Assembly (NCBI GenBank): GCA_963837465.1
Contig: CAWINB010000001.1
Location: forward strand, 139,915-203,914
Length of the DNA stretch: 64,000 bases
Direction: 5' to 3'
DNA from: Candidatus Doudnabacteria bacterium
Lineage (GTDB): Bacteria; Patescibacteriota; Doudnabacteria; UBA920
The notes beneath the pieces were generated by a model. It was not told the origin of the DNA. It made no database searches and saw only the letters and a list, made by a program, of their open reading frames with translations. How positions within the stretch are numbered: position 1 is the stretch's first letter; every line of letters begins with the position of its first letter. Made by a program: the position numbers and the translations under genes. Positions 9,661 through 19,032 of this stretch are shown in pieces.

Positions 9661-11358
9661 TTATTTCTTTAACTTTAACACAGCTTTCATAAACCCCGCG
9701 AACAAAGGATGCGGCGATAACGGGCGCGACAGGAATTCGGGGTGGAATTGGGTACCGATAAAAAAGGGATGGTTTTTGAGTTCAATTATTTCCACGAGTT
9801 TGCCGTCCGGAGTTGTACCCGCGATAGTTAGACCGGCTTTAACCAGCTGGTCGCGGTAGGCGTTGTTAAATTCAAAGCGGTGGCGGTGGCGCTCGCTTAT
9901 TTTTGGCTTGCCGGTTTTTTGTATCCATTTGCCTTCCAGGTAACATTTTTCCGTCAGCGTGCCGCGCTCCACCAGGCAATCCCAGGCGCCCAGGCGCATT
10001 GTCGCGCCGTATTCGCGGTTGAGCAATTTCTTTTCCTGGTCCGGCATAATGTGGATTACCGGATGCAGAGTATCGTCATCAACTTCGGTCGTGTTGGCGC
10101 CTTTAAGTCCGGCCACGTTGCGCGCGAATTCAATACTGGCCATTTGCATGCCGTAGCATAAACCTAAGTAAGGAATTTTATTTTCCCGCGCGTATTTTAT
10201 GGTTTCTATCATTCCTTCCGTGCCGCGCGTGCCGAAACCGCCCGGCACGACTATACCGTCAAAACCGGATAAAACCTTTTTGGCGCCCTGTTTTTCCACG
10301 TCAATGCTGGAGACCCACTCTAAATTTACCTTTACGTTATTGGCCCAGCTGCCGTGCTTAATGGCTTCCACCACTGAAACATAAACATCTCCAAGTTTGT
10401 AATCGCCTGTTTCGTAATATTTACCCACTACCGCTATGTTAATTTGGTCTTTATGGGAGTTAATTTTAGTTATTTTATCGGCCAGGTTTTTCCACTCGCC
10501 CAAGTTATTCTTTTTGGATTTCATGGAAAACTTAGCCAAAATTTTGTCCGTTAAATCCTGTTTGTCAAAATTCATCGGCACCTTATAGATACTGTCCGCG
10601 TTCGGAGCCGCGATAATATTTTCCGCCGGCACGTTGCAGGTCCAGGCCAAAGTTTCGCGCCTTCTGTCGTCTATGGGCAATTCGGCTCGGGCAATAATAA
10701 AATCGGGCTGGATGCCGCTGCCGATTAGCAGGCGTACGGAAGTTTGCGCCGGCTTGCTCTTCATTTCCCCCACGCTGGGCGGCGTTGGCAAATAGGCCAC
10801 ATGGACGTGGATAACGTCGCGGCCGTCGCGGTACTTCATTATCCGGTTGGCTTCCATAAACAAAATATTCTGGTACTCCCCCACCGTGCCGCCAATTTCG
10901 GCTATGACAAAATCCGCTTTTCTTTCCCGCGCGGCTTTTTCCAAACGCCGAATTATTTCTTCCGGCACATGCAAAGCCACCTCTACATCTTCTCCATCAT
11001 ACTCAAAATTCCGCTCTTTACGGATAATTTCCTGGTAAATTTGGCCGTTGGTCACGTAATTGGTGCTGGACAAATCGCTGTTTAAAAATCTTTCGTAATT
11101 TCCCACATCCTGGTCGGTTTCCACGCCATCTTTAGTTACAAAAACTTCCCCGTGTTCCTGCGGCCTTATGGTTCCGGCATCCACGTTTAAGTACATATCG
11201 CACTTAACCGGCGCCACTTTGTACCCGCGGCTTTCCAAAAGCGCGGCAATCGATGCCGTGGTAATCCCCTTGCCGACGGAACTAATAACTCCGCCGGAAA
11301 CAAAAATAAATTTAGTATCCAGCTTCTTGGCTTTGCGCGGTTTTATGTGATAGGACAT
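9661..11358 (-). CDS. pyrG: CTP synthase
   Basis: N-terminal synthetase domain (KFIFVSGGVISSVGKG) and C-terminal glutamine amidotransferase (GLCYGMQ, HPEF); 565 aa. Confidence 0.95.
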   Translation of the reverse strand: MSYHIKPRKAKKLDTKFIFVSGGVISSVGKGITTASIAALLESRGYKVAPVKCDMYLNVDAGTIRPQEHGEVFVTKDGVETDQDVGNYERFLNSDLSSTNYVTNGQIYQEIIRKERNFEYDGEDVEVALHVPEEIIRRLEKAARERKADFVIAEIGGTVGEYQNILFMEANRIMKYRDGRDVIHVHVAYLPTPPSVGEMKSKPAQTSVRLLIGSGIQPDFIIARAELPIDDRRRETLAWTCNVPAENIIAAPNADSIYKVPMNFDKQDLTDKILAKFSMKSKKNNLGEWKNLADKITKINSHKDQINIAVVGKYYETGDYKLGDVYVSVVEAIKHGSWANNVKVNLEWVSSIDVEKQGAKKVLSGFDGIVVPGGFGTRGTEGMIETIKYARENKIPYLGLCYGMQMASIEFARNVAGLKGANTTEVDDDTLHPVIHIMPDQEKKLLNREYGATMRLGAWDCLVERGTLTEKCYLEGKWIQKTGKPKISERHRHRFEFNNAYRDQLVKAGLTIAGTTPDGKLVEIIELKNHPFFIGTQFHPEFLSRPLSPHPLFAGFMKAVLKLKK

Positions 11359-11404
11359 AGGGAGTTTATGGTTTTAGATTTAGGATTGAAAATTAAAAAA
11401 AGGA

Positions 11405-12097
11405 TCATTCTGTAAATTTGAAACTGGAAAGCATTTGGTTTAAAATTTCATTGTTTATATTGATTGCCGCGGCTTGATCCTGTGTTTCCTGGGGCGTGGC
11501 ATCGCTTTTACCATTTTCCATTATCCCCAGATAGCCAGCCTCACGCCAATATATGTTGGAGTTCAAAATATAGCAATAACCATTGTGGATTATATGGTAT
11601 TCGCTTACAGTACCCCTGGCGCCGCCCATGGCATCGTCCGAAGTATTATCATATAAAACATAAAAGTTATTACCATTAATTTCCTTTGTCTCCGTTAAAT
11701 CTTTCGGATTGGCGCTGCCCGGATCGTCTTTTAGACACATGCTTAAGTTGACGCTGTTATTATCGGCAAAAACAGAAAATAAGGAGCTGTCAATATAGTT
11801 GCTTTTTCCGGAAAAACTCGCCACCTCAGAAATTTCATATTCAAAATACGGCTGTTTGCCTGGGCTGTCGTTTAACGAGTAGCTTGATGGGTACTTTAGC
11901 GTAAACCCATACTGGCTGTTGGTATAAGTTTTCCAATGGCTGGTTTCGCTCGGGACCTGGGTGTTCGCGGTTTCCAGTTCAATATCGGTTTTCTGCTCGT
12001 AGTACTCATTATAGTTTTTATAAACCAAAAGCCCAACGCCGCTGGTGAACAGGAAAACAATTACCAGGAAGAATATGGATTGTTGCCGGTTGGTCAT
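11405..12097 (-). CDS. Hypothetical secreted/membrane-anchored protein
   Basis: N-terminal TM helix; no recognisable domain. Confidence 0.4.
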   Translation of the reverse strand: MTNRQQSIFFLVIVFLFTSGVGLLVYKNYNEYYEQKTDIELETANTQVPSETSHWKTYTNSQYGFTLKYPSSYSLNDSPGKQPYFEYEISEVASFSGKSNYIDSSLFSVFADNNSVNLSMCLKDDPGSANPKDLTETKEINGNNFYVLYDNTSDDAMGGARGTVSEYHIIHNGYCYILNSNIYWREAGYLGIMENGKSDATPQETQDQAAAININNEILNQMLSSFKFTE

Positions 12098-12156
12098 AAT
12101 CAGTTAAAAGTTATCAAGTTGCGAGTTATAAAGTCTTGGAAAATTCATCTGATTAA

Positions 12157-12603
12157 CTACGAAGCTTCCACTTTAATGGTAATACCCGCGACAATATTCG
12201 GGCCCAGTTTCAGTTTAACTTTATGCTCGCCAAGCTCCTTAATGTGGCCGGTAATTTCCACTTGATTTTTCTCGATCATCGCGGACATTTTTTCGTTAAC
12301 CGCTTTGGCAATATCTTTTTCACGCACGCCGGAAAAAATCTGGCCCTTGTCCCCTACTTTGATTTTTACCGTAAAAGTGCGTTTTTCCAATTCCTGCTTC
12401 AACGTCCGTAATTTCTCAATATCCTTTAATATCTTAATATCCGCCTCTTTTTGCTCCTTGGCAATTTTAGCCTGAATTTCCGGCGTGGCCGTTTTAGCAA
12501 AGCCTTTGGCGATTAAAAAATTCATGGCGTAGCCGTCGCTTACGTCTTTAATTTCGCCCTTTTTACCAGTACCCGATAGCTCTTTTACAAAGATAACTTT
12601 CAT
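12157..12603 (-). CDS. rplI: 50S ribosomal protein L9
   Basis: [36 protein letters not shown] is the canonical L9 N-domain. Confidence 0.85.
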   Translation of the reverse strand: MKVIFVKELSGTGKKGEIKDVSDGYAMNFLIAKGFAKTATPEIQAKIAKEQKEADIKILKDIEKLRTLKQELEKRTFTVKIKVGDKGQIFSGVREKDIAKAVNEKMSAMIEKNQVEITGHIKELGEHKVKLKLGPNIVAGITIKVEAS

Positions 12604-12724
12604 AAAATAAAAACTCTCCGATTATTTTCAGAGAGTCCTTTTGCCTTGTCTGCCCGTTGGCGGACCAAGGTTTTAACTACCCATTCTTGGGCTCTTTATA
12701 AGTATATTATATTGGGCTAAATTG

Positions 12725-13642
12725 TCAAATCTTAAGATACTTCCGTATAGCCAGCATTGTTGAAATAACCGACAAAATAATCGCTACAATAAAAAGCAGC
12801 AAAATCAGATACCAAAAGCTGAAAATATTGTGGCTGTAAACATTAACCTGCGGGTTAACATATTGCGTAACCTCGGGCAGGACTTTCGCGAACACGGGGA
12901 CAAATATCAGCCCCGTAATAATTGTCGAGCCTATGCTGTAAAGCAGGCTCTCCATTAAAAATGGCCCGCGGATGTACCAGTTGGTGGCGCCGACCAGCCG
13001 CATTATTTCCACCTCTTCTTTGCGGGTGTAAATAGTCAGGGTAATAGTGTTAAAAATAACCAGAACCGCGATAACCCCGAACACGGCCACCACTCCTATG
13101 CCAAAGGCGATAATAAATTTTAAAATCTGATCCAGCCGGTCTATAACCGCGCTGTTATCCTCGTAGTTGACCTTGTCTATAAAGTCCTTGTACTGGGCGC
13201 CGGACAGACTTTGGGCTATGGCCGGATAATCGCTCAGTCTGTAAGCCTTGACGTGCAGGGTGGCGGAGAGCGGGTTATTGTTAAGTTCGTTTAACGATTC
13301 GGAAATCAGCGGGTCGCTCTGGTGGCGGGCTTTAAAGTCGTCAAATGCCTGCTGGGCGGAAATGTAATCAACTTCCTCTACGCGCGGGTCTGCCGAGACA
13401 TCATTTTTAATCTGCGTAATTTGCCCTTCGTCCAGGCCGACTTTAAAGTAAACGCTGATATCCACGGTGTTTTGTATGGTGTGGATGGAATAAGTCGTCA
13501 GGACAAATACCAAAAACAGGGTGGCGAAAATGACCAGGGTTATAGTCATAACCATAGTGGCGGCCAAAGACAGCCAGATATTTCTGCCAAAATTTTTCAA
13601 TCCGGTTTTTATGATCCGCAAGAATGAAATGGAATCGAGCAT
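12725..13642 (-). CDS. ftsX: Cell division permease FtsX
   Basis: Four-TM FtsX topology with large periplasmic loop; sits next to ftsE. Confidence 0.85.
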   Translation of the reverse strand: MLDSISFLRIIKTGLKNFGRNIWLSLAATMVMTITLVIFATLFLVFVLTTYSIHTIQNTVDISVYFKVGLDEGQITQIKNDVSADPRVEEVDYISAQQAFDDFKARHQSDPLISESLNELNNNPLSATLHVKAYRLSDYPAIAQSLSGAQYKDFIDKVNYEDNSAVIDRLDQILKFIIAFGIGVVAVFGVIAVLVIFNTITLTIYTRKEEVEIMRLVGATNWYIRGPFLMESLLYSIGSTIITGLIFVPVFAKVLPEVTQYVNPQVNVYSHNIFSFWYLILLLFIVAIILSVISTMLAIRKYLKI

Positions 13643-13651
13643 GACGCAGAA

Positions 13652-13680
13652 CGATTAACAATTAACGATTTACGATTAAC
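13652..13680. repeat. 29 bp terminal inverted repeat (left) bounding the four-helix-bundle gene
   Basis: cgattaacaattaacgatttacgattaac is the reverse complement of 14068–14096 with one mismatch. Confidence 0.7.
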
Positions 13681-14066
13681 TAACTCTTTTTACCCTTGGA
13701 TAGATACACAGTAAACGCTGTAAGTTGTTTCGCGAGGTTTGAAGCTCTTACAAGAGAAGCCTCCAATTCTTGTTCGGGGATATAGTTATCATCTAACGCA
13801 CAATCAAGACAGGCAACAACCTCGTCTAAAGAGCAGTGACTCCTATTTATGTAAAGCCTCATATCTTTGTCAGAATTTTTATTTGTGCTTTCCGCGATAT
13901 TTAAGATAATTGAAGTTAAGGCCCTTTTAGCTTGGTCGCTTAATGCGTACTTTTCGTCGGATGGGAATTTTTTAATTAATTGGTTTATATCTTTACGAAA
14001 TTGCCTAGAATCTTTATACACCTGCCAATCCCTAAACCTAAATCCATGTTTGTCTTTTGTCTCCAT
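13680..14066 (-). CDS. Four-helix-bundle protein (TIGR02436-like; formerly 23S rRNA intervening-sequence protein)
   Basis: 128 aa, characteristic helical pattern; precisely fills the gap between the ftsE stop and the ftsX start. Confidence 0.75.
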   Translation of the reverse strand: METKDKHGFRFRDWQVYKDSRQFRKDINQLIKKFPSDEKYALSDQAKRALTSIILNIAESTNKNSDKDMRLYINRSHCSLDEVVACLDCALDDNYIPEQELEASLVRASNLAKQLTAFTVYLSKGKKS

Positions 14067-14067
14067 G

Positions 14068-14096
14068 GTTAATCGTCAATCGTTAATTGTTAATCG
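14068..14096. repeat. 29 bp terminal inverted repeat (right) bounding the four-helix-bundle gene
   Basis: gttaatcgtcaatcgttaattgttaatcg; partner of 13652–13680. Confidence 0.7.
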
Positions 14097-14098
14097 TA

Positions 14099-14800
14099 TT
14101 ACAGCTTATACTTTCCCTTTTCCTGTTCCATGGTAATTTTTCCGCCTTCTATGGTGATGACGCGTTTTTTTATTTTGTTAACCAGGTCAACGGCGTGGGT
14201 GGCTAAAATTACCGTTGTGCCGAGCTGGTTGATTTTCAGCAGCAAATCCAAAACTTCGGCCGCGTTCATTTCGTCCAGATTTCCGGTGGGCTCATCGGCC
14301 AAAAGCAGCACCGGTCTGTGCGAAAGCGCCCGGGCAATGGCAACTCTTTGTTTTTCGCCGCCCGACATTTCGTCCGGAAAGCTGTTTCGCTTATGCGCCA
14401 ATCCCACCAGTTCCAAAATTTTGGGCACGTCAACGGCAATTTTATCCCTTGAGTGACCGCAAACCTCCATGGCAAAAGCTATATTTTCAAAAGCCGTGGC
14501 TTTGGGCAAAAGTTTTATATCCTGGAACACCATACCGATTTTCCGGCGCAAATAAGGCAGGTCGCTTTTTTTGACTCTGGAGATGTCTATGTTATCAATT
14601 AAAATCTGGCCGCCGTCGATTTGCTCCTCGCCTATAATCAGCTTAAGCAAGGTGGATTTGCCCGCGCCCGAAAGCCCGACCAAAGAAATAAATTCTCCGT
14701 GGCGGATTTGCAGATTAATGCCGTCCAAAGCCGGTTGATGCCGGTCGTATTGTTTTATTACGTTTACGAACTTAATCATATTTCGATCCACGGAAGGCAC
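14099..14800 (-). CDS. ftsE: Cell division ATP-binding protein FtsE
   Basis: ABC ATPase: Walker A GLSGAGKST, signature MSGGEKQR, Walker B LLLADEPT. Confidence 0.9.
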   Translation of the reverse strand: MPSVDRNMIKFVNVIKQYDRHQPALDGINLQIRHGEFISLVGLSGAGKSTLLKLIIGEEQIDGGQILIDNIDISRVKKSDLPYLRRKIGMVFQDIKLLPKATAFENIAFAMEVCGHSRDKIAVDVPKILELVGLAHKRNSFPDEMSGGEKQRVAIARALSHRPVLLLADEPTGNLDEMNAAEVLDLLLKINQLGTTVILATHAVDLVNKIKKRVITIEGGKITMEQEKGKYKL

Positions 14801-14908
14801 GGATTAAATCGGATAACAACGATGTTAAAGGCGAATATTTGTACTAGCTTCAAATAAATTATTGCCTTTAAAGTATATCATAAAAAAAGGAATATAAAAA
14901 TTTTATCT

Positions 14909-14987
14909 AAAGAGGCTGTCCGAAAAGATCCGTTTCTGCCGCAATTTCAGAATTTCGCGACGAAAACGACTTTCCCGGCAGCCTCTT
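14909..14987. repeat. Palindromic intergenic element (aaagaggctg...cagcctctt) sharing the gccgcaatttcag core with 6472–6631
   Basis: Inverted repeat visible in sequence; core shared with the 6.5 kb element. Confidence 0.5.
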
Positions 14988-15106
14988 AACGGAGTCTTTG
15001 CCCGGATTCGGGATATTTTTTACGGCTGCCGAATCCATGTGACGTAAAAAATTTCCAGGACGACACATAGCCAGATTAGGTGTCGGTTCGGCGCAGGTAC
15101 CCGCGG

Positions 15107-16321
15107 CTAATCAGCGTTGTTTTCCAGGTATTTTTCCACAAACTCATCCAGTTCTCCGTTTAAGACGGATTCCGGGTCGGAGGTTTCCATTCCCGTGCGG
15201 TGGTCTTTGACCATTTTGTAGGGGTGGAGCACGTAACTGCGGATTTGGTTGCCCCATTCCGCGGACTTGAATTCGCCGCGGATTTCCTGTTTTTCTTTTT
15301 GCAGTTTTTGCTCTTCCAAAGTTTTTAGGCGGGACATTAAAATCTTCATAGCCAGTTCGCGGTTTTGGTGCTGGGAGCGTTCGTTTTGGATGCTGACTTT
15401 TATGCCGGAGGGGATGTGGGTTACGCGAATGGCCGAGTAGGTAGTGTTCACGCTTTGGCCGCCGTGGCCGCTGGCGGTGTTGGCTTCTATTTTCAAGTCC
15501 TTTTCATCCACCTTAAATTCCTCCTGTTGGTCCAAAAGCGGCAGCAGTTCCAAAAGCGCGAACGATGTCTCACGTGTATGCGCCGGATTAAACGGCGAAA
15601 GACGCACCAAGCGGTGCACCCCGGCCTCGCTTTTAAGCAAGCCGTAAGCGTACGGCCCGCGCGCTTCCACCACCGCGGTTTTTACGCCGCCCCTTTCGCC
15701 GCGCGACAGTTCAATAACGTCCGTGGAAAAGCCTTTTTTTTCACAATAGCGCAAAAACATCCGCAACAGCATATCGGCCCAATCCTGCGCGTCCACTCCC
15801 CCGGCGCCGGAATGGATGGAAAAGATGGCATTGTGATCGTCGTACTTTTTGCTTAATAAGGCAACAAAACGATTTTTACGATACAGAGTTTCCAGTTCAT
15901 CAAGTTTCTGTTTAAGATAGTCTTGGTCCGCGGGTTTTATACCACCTCCCCCCGCTTCGCGGGGTACTCCTCCTGTAAAAGGAGGAGAGCTCCGATGTTT
16001 ATCCCGGGATAACCGCGGAGCATCCCCTCCTGGTATAGGAGGGGTGGCCGCGTTAGCGGACGGGGCGGTAGAATCTTCCGCTAATTCCAAAGTCTCCTGA
16101 ACATCCTTTTCCAACCCCAGCCAAAAATCCACAAACTTTTTGAGCTGATTATATTCCTGGCTGACCTTTTGCGCGTTCTCGTTATCATTCCAAAAATCAC
16201 TTTCCCGCATCCTGCCTTCCATTTCCAAAATCCTCTGCTCCTTTTGCGGCAGGTTCAAATGGGATTTAAGATTTAAAATTTCCGATTTAAGGTTTTCTAA
16301 GCGCTTTATAAGGTCGTTCAT
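15107..16321 (-). CDS. prfB: Peptide chain release factor 2 (single continuous ORF, no +1 frameshift) carrying a ~40-aa low-complexity insertion
   Basis: SPF motif (RLSPFNPAH), GGQ motif (SGHGGQSVNTT); 404 aa versus ~365 typical; a GC-rich insertion lies in the inter-domain linker. Confidence 0.85.
   Translation of the reverse strand: MNDLIKRLENLKSEILNLKSHLNLPQKEQRILEMEGRMRESDFWNDNENAQKVSQEYNQLKKFVDFWLGLEKDVQETLELAEDSTAPSANAATPPIPGGDAPRLSRDKHRSSPPFTGGVPREAGGGGIKPADQDYLKQKLDELETLYRKNRFVALLSKKYDDHNAIFSIHSGAGGVDAQDWADMLLRMFLRYCEKKGFSTDVIELSRGERGGVKTAVVEARGPYAYGLLKSEAGVHRLVRLSPFNPAHTRETSFALLELLPLLDQQEEFKVDEKDLKIEANTASGHGGQSVNTTYSAIRVTHIPSGIKVSIQNERSQHQNRELAMKILMSRLKTLEEQKLQKEKQEIRGEFKSAEWGNQIRSYVLHPYKMVKDHRTGMETSDPESVLNGELDEFVEKYLENNAD
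15925..16080. repeat. GC-rich, multi-hairpin insertion inside the prfB reading frame
   Basis: Perfect hairpins ccccgcttcgcgggg, ctcctcctgtaaaaggaggag and cccctcctggtataggagggg in ~70% GC sequence embedded in ~40% GC coding DNA; encodes the ...PPIPGGDAPRLSRDKHRSSPPFTGGVPREAGGGG... stretch. Confidence 0.6.
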
Positions 16322-16411
16322 AAATGAATTATCGCAAAAATACAGGGACTAGTCCAGAAAAAATTAAGAACCGGCGAAAGAACAGTTAAGCCGGTTCACG
16401 ATTTTTTTTAT

Positions 16412-16609
16412 GGCTATTCATCGTGCATGCCGATGAATGGGCCTGTTGCCAAATGTCATTTTGGTTAAAAATTCATAATTTTGGTCATTCGACCAAAAAA
16501 ATTTATCAGCTTAACTAAAAGTTAAACGTCAAAATTTGTTTTGACCGACTGCCTCAAAATTCTTAATTTTTACCTCAAAAGCCCATTTGGCAACAGGCCC
16601 TGAATAGCC
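16412..16609. repeat. Long interrupted inverted repeat (ggctattca...gggcctgttgccaaatg / catttggcaacaggccc-tgaatagcc) enclosing ~125 nt; MITE-like or structured RNA
   Basis: 17 bp perfect plus 9 bp flanking inverted repeat read directly; lies between the stop of the thyX-like gene and the prfB start. Confidence 0.55.
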
Positions 16610-16674
16610 AGAGCAATGGGGCAAGTATATCAAAAAAGCCCCGGGAAATCCAGGGGCAATTTGTTTAAAGCAGG

Positions 16675-18360
16675 CTAATTTTTTTCAAATTTTTTATCCA
16701 GTCTTGCTTCCTTGACTCTTTGTTTTGCCTCACTGTCGGCACGGGACCAATAGTAGTCGTTATGGTCCACAAATTTCATTGCATCGGACATATTTGCGTT
16801 TCTTGATTCAATAAGCCTATGTATTTTTTGCGCGGCCAGACGATAATTAGGATGGCCTTGCGGAGTAGAGCGAAGCTCAAGCATATGCATAGCCTCACGA
16901 TCATTAAAAGCCATTGACCAGCGGACGTAGTGGCCGTGGAGAGCAGAGTACTGGGCAAGTAGCGGATTATGGGCAACTATAGCGTCAAAGAGCTCATCGG
17001 CTTTCTCCACGCATTTTTTTACCTGCTCCATCGCGCCAATTGCTTCCAGTTCCGGCGAATAATCAAAGCCAAGCTTCGTTGTAAATAGTTGCCTGGATTG
17101 GGTATTCATCCGATGTCGCGTTAAATCTTTATAAACTCCAAAATTAGTTACCATATCAAAAGTATAAGGATAGCCGTCTTCTAAAGCCCTGCCCGGACGG
17201 TCGCGGCGGGTTTTTCTTTGGCCGATGTAAGTGTGCGCCGCGCGGCTACGCTGATTGGAATCCATTTGCAATACTTTTTGGCGAAGATCGCCCATAGAAA
17301 TATTCGTATAGGGATAGAGCATGCAAGCCAGCATGGAAATTTCTTCATATTCGGTTAGCGCCTGCTTTGCGGAAACCCCTTCGCCGCGAATTCGTTTTTC
17401 CAAAAATTCTTCTCCCCTGTCCATTAAAACAAAATCAGGCAACTCCGGCGTTTGCGGTTTCACACCTTTAAATAATTCTTTTGCCAAAGCAAACATATTA
17501 TTTGTATTTTCGGCCGAGTACTCGCTACGCTGGGCGCGGCGGACATACTGCGGGATAATTTCCTTTAGCGCCATAGCGCACCCTTGGGCCATATTGTGGC
17601 TTTCGGGCAAGTCCGAAGTCAGCAAGTAGGATATCAGTCCCTGGTAAAAACGGCCGTTGCCGAACAGGCCTACGTTGGTTAATGTCGCTACCGGTAAAAG
17701 TGAGCGTAAAATATCACAGGCCTTGGCCCGCAAATCAAAAGTATAGGTTTGCTTAAAAGCTTTCTTTTGCTTATCGTCCGTCAGGTCGGCCATTTTTTCC
17801 TTTATACCATCGCCGTTTATATCGTACTCCGCTTCCAAAATTGGTTTTTGCGATTCCAAATGCTTTTTTAAAGGCTCAATCAGGTCCGCGTAAGTTTGGA
17901 AAATAAAATCCATGGTTTCAACATACTGCTCCCCAAAACCCGCTTCCATAACTTCGCTGCCACGATAGTAAAGCCACTGGCCCTGTTCATTTTTTTGATC
18001 ATACAAAACGTAACGGGTGGACTGCTCAATCGGGCTGCCGCCAATCCTGCGGTCCTCTATTTCCTTAGTAGCAAGCATGCTTATTTTTTCAAAACTAACA
18101 TGCGCGCCTTCTAATTCCCCTACACTATCATCTCCATAGGCAACTAACACACGCTGGATTAATTCGTCCGCGTGCTTTGGGTCAATATTCCCCCCCTCAA
18201 TAAATTCTTTCAGCAAAACTTCGCGGAAACCACCTTTAGCGCGGCTATACCTGGCGTAAGCCGCCCCCACCATACCCTCCATCCCTTTAACGGCAAAAAT
18301 ATTGGCCTCCGTTGATGTTACATATTTTTTTAGTATTTCTTTTTCCTGGTCTGTAAACAT
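16675..18360 (-). CDS. FAD-dependent thymidylate synthase ThyX-like, long form with tandem Thy1-like domains
   Basis: N-half has a degenerate ThyX motif (HVSFEKISMLATKEIEDRRIGGSPIEQSTRYV); C-half has TRHRMNTQSRQ (RHR...S motif); genomic context is tmk, dut and dCMP deaminase; 561 aa. Confidence 0.55.
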   Translation of the reverse strand: MFTDQEKEILKKYVTSTEANIFAVKGMEGMVGAAYARYSRAKGGFREVLLKEFIEGGNIDPKHADELIQRVLVAYGDDSVGELEGAHVSFEKISMLATKEIEDRRIGGSPIEQSTRYVLYDQKNEQGQWLYYRGSEVMEAGFGEQYVETMDFIFQTYADLIEPLKKHLESQKPILEAEYDINGDGIKEKMADLTDDKQKKAFKQTYTFDLRAKACDILRSLLPVATLTNVGLFGNGRFYQGLISYLLTSDLPESHNMAQGCAMALKEIIPQYVRRAQRSEYSAENTNNMFALAKELFKGVKPQTPELPDFVLMDRGEEFLEKRIRGEGVSAKQALTEYEEISMLACMLYPYTNISMGDLRQKVLQMDSNQRSRAAHTYIGQRKTRRDRPGRALEDGYPYTFDMVTNFGVYKDLTRHRMNTQSRQLFTTKLGFDYSPELEAIGAMEQVKKCVEKADELFDAIVAHNPLLAQYSALHGHYVRWSMAFNDREAMHMLELRSTPQGHPNYRLAAQKIHRLIESRNANMSDAMKFVDHNDYYWSRADSEAKQRVKEARLDKKFEKN

Positions 18361-18403
18361 AAATTTTCGTTAATGTAAGTTTATTGGTTAATTCAATCTT
18401 GAA

Positions 18404-19018
18404 TTATGTTTTTTTAACTGTTACTTTACCTGCTAACTCCTTGATTTTCTGCTCTGCCCGCGCGCGATCCCGTTCATAATTCAGTTCAGAAACTTTGGAG
18501 GATACGGGGGAATTAAATTCCGGCCGGGAAGAATCTAAAAACTTTCGATAAAGGCCAATGGCTTCAAAAGGACTTTCTTGTTCCACCGACTGTGCCAACA
18601 AAAAACATCCTTCGCCGTCACCCCCCAGTTCTACCGACTTCCTCAAATGCTCGATAAATTCCATTCTCCGGCCCGACATACCCGAATACATATTTGCCAG
18701 CTCGCCATAGGCGTTGGGGTTTTTTGGCTGAAGCTCCACTACTTTTTGCAAAAGTCTTTCGGCTATTGGATACATATCGCCAAAAGAGAGCGCTTGGCCA
18801 AGCTTAGTCAAGGCTTCAACATTGCCGGGGTTTTCCATAATAGATTCGGCGGCATCCAGATTTTCCCCCTTTAGCCGGGGAAGAGCCGAACGCAGTAAAT
18901 CTTCCATACTCATACCCTCTTGTTCTTGATCCCCGTTTCCACTTTCCGCTTCTATAAAATCCGCCTCTTGGGGTCCGTGGTAAAGTTCTATCGGACCATC
19001 TAAAAATTCTCCGTCCAT
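18404..19018 (-). CDS. Hypothetical acidic helical (TPR-like) protein
   Basis: No signal peptide or TM segment; helical repeats; no recognisable catalytic motif. Confidence 0.4.
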   Translation of the reverse strand: MDGEFLDGPIELYHGPQEADFIEAESGNGDQEQEGMSMEDLLRSALPRLKGENLDAAESIMENPGNVEALTKLGQALSFGDMYPIAERLLQKVVELQPKNPNAYGELANMYSGMSGRRMEFIEHLRKSVELGGDGEGCFLLAQSVEQESPFEAIGLYRKFLDSSRPEFNSPVSSKVSELNYERDRARAEQKIKELAGKVTVKKT

Positions 19019-19032
19019 AAAAATCTGAATAA

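Noticed and set aside
15107-16321. Expected +1 programmed frameshift in prfB
   Set aside because: The RF2 reading frame is continuous from Met1 through the GGQ motif. There is no in-frame UGA near codon 25, so no frameshift site is claimed.
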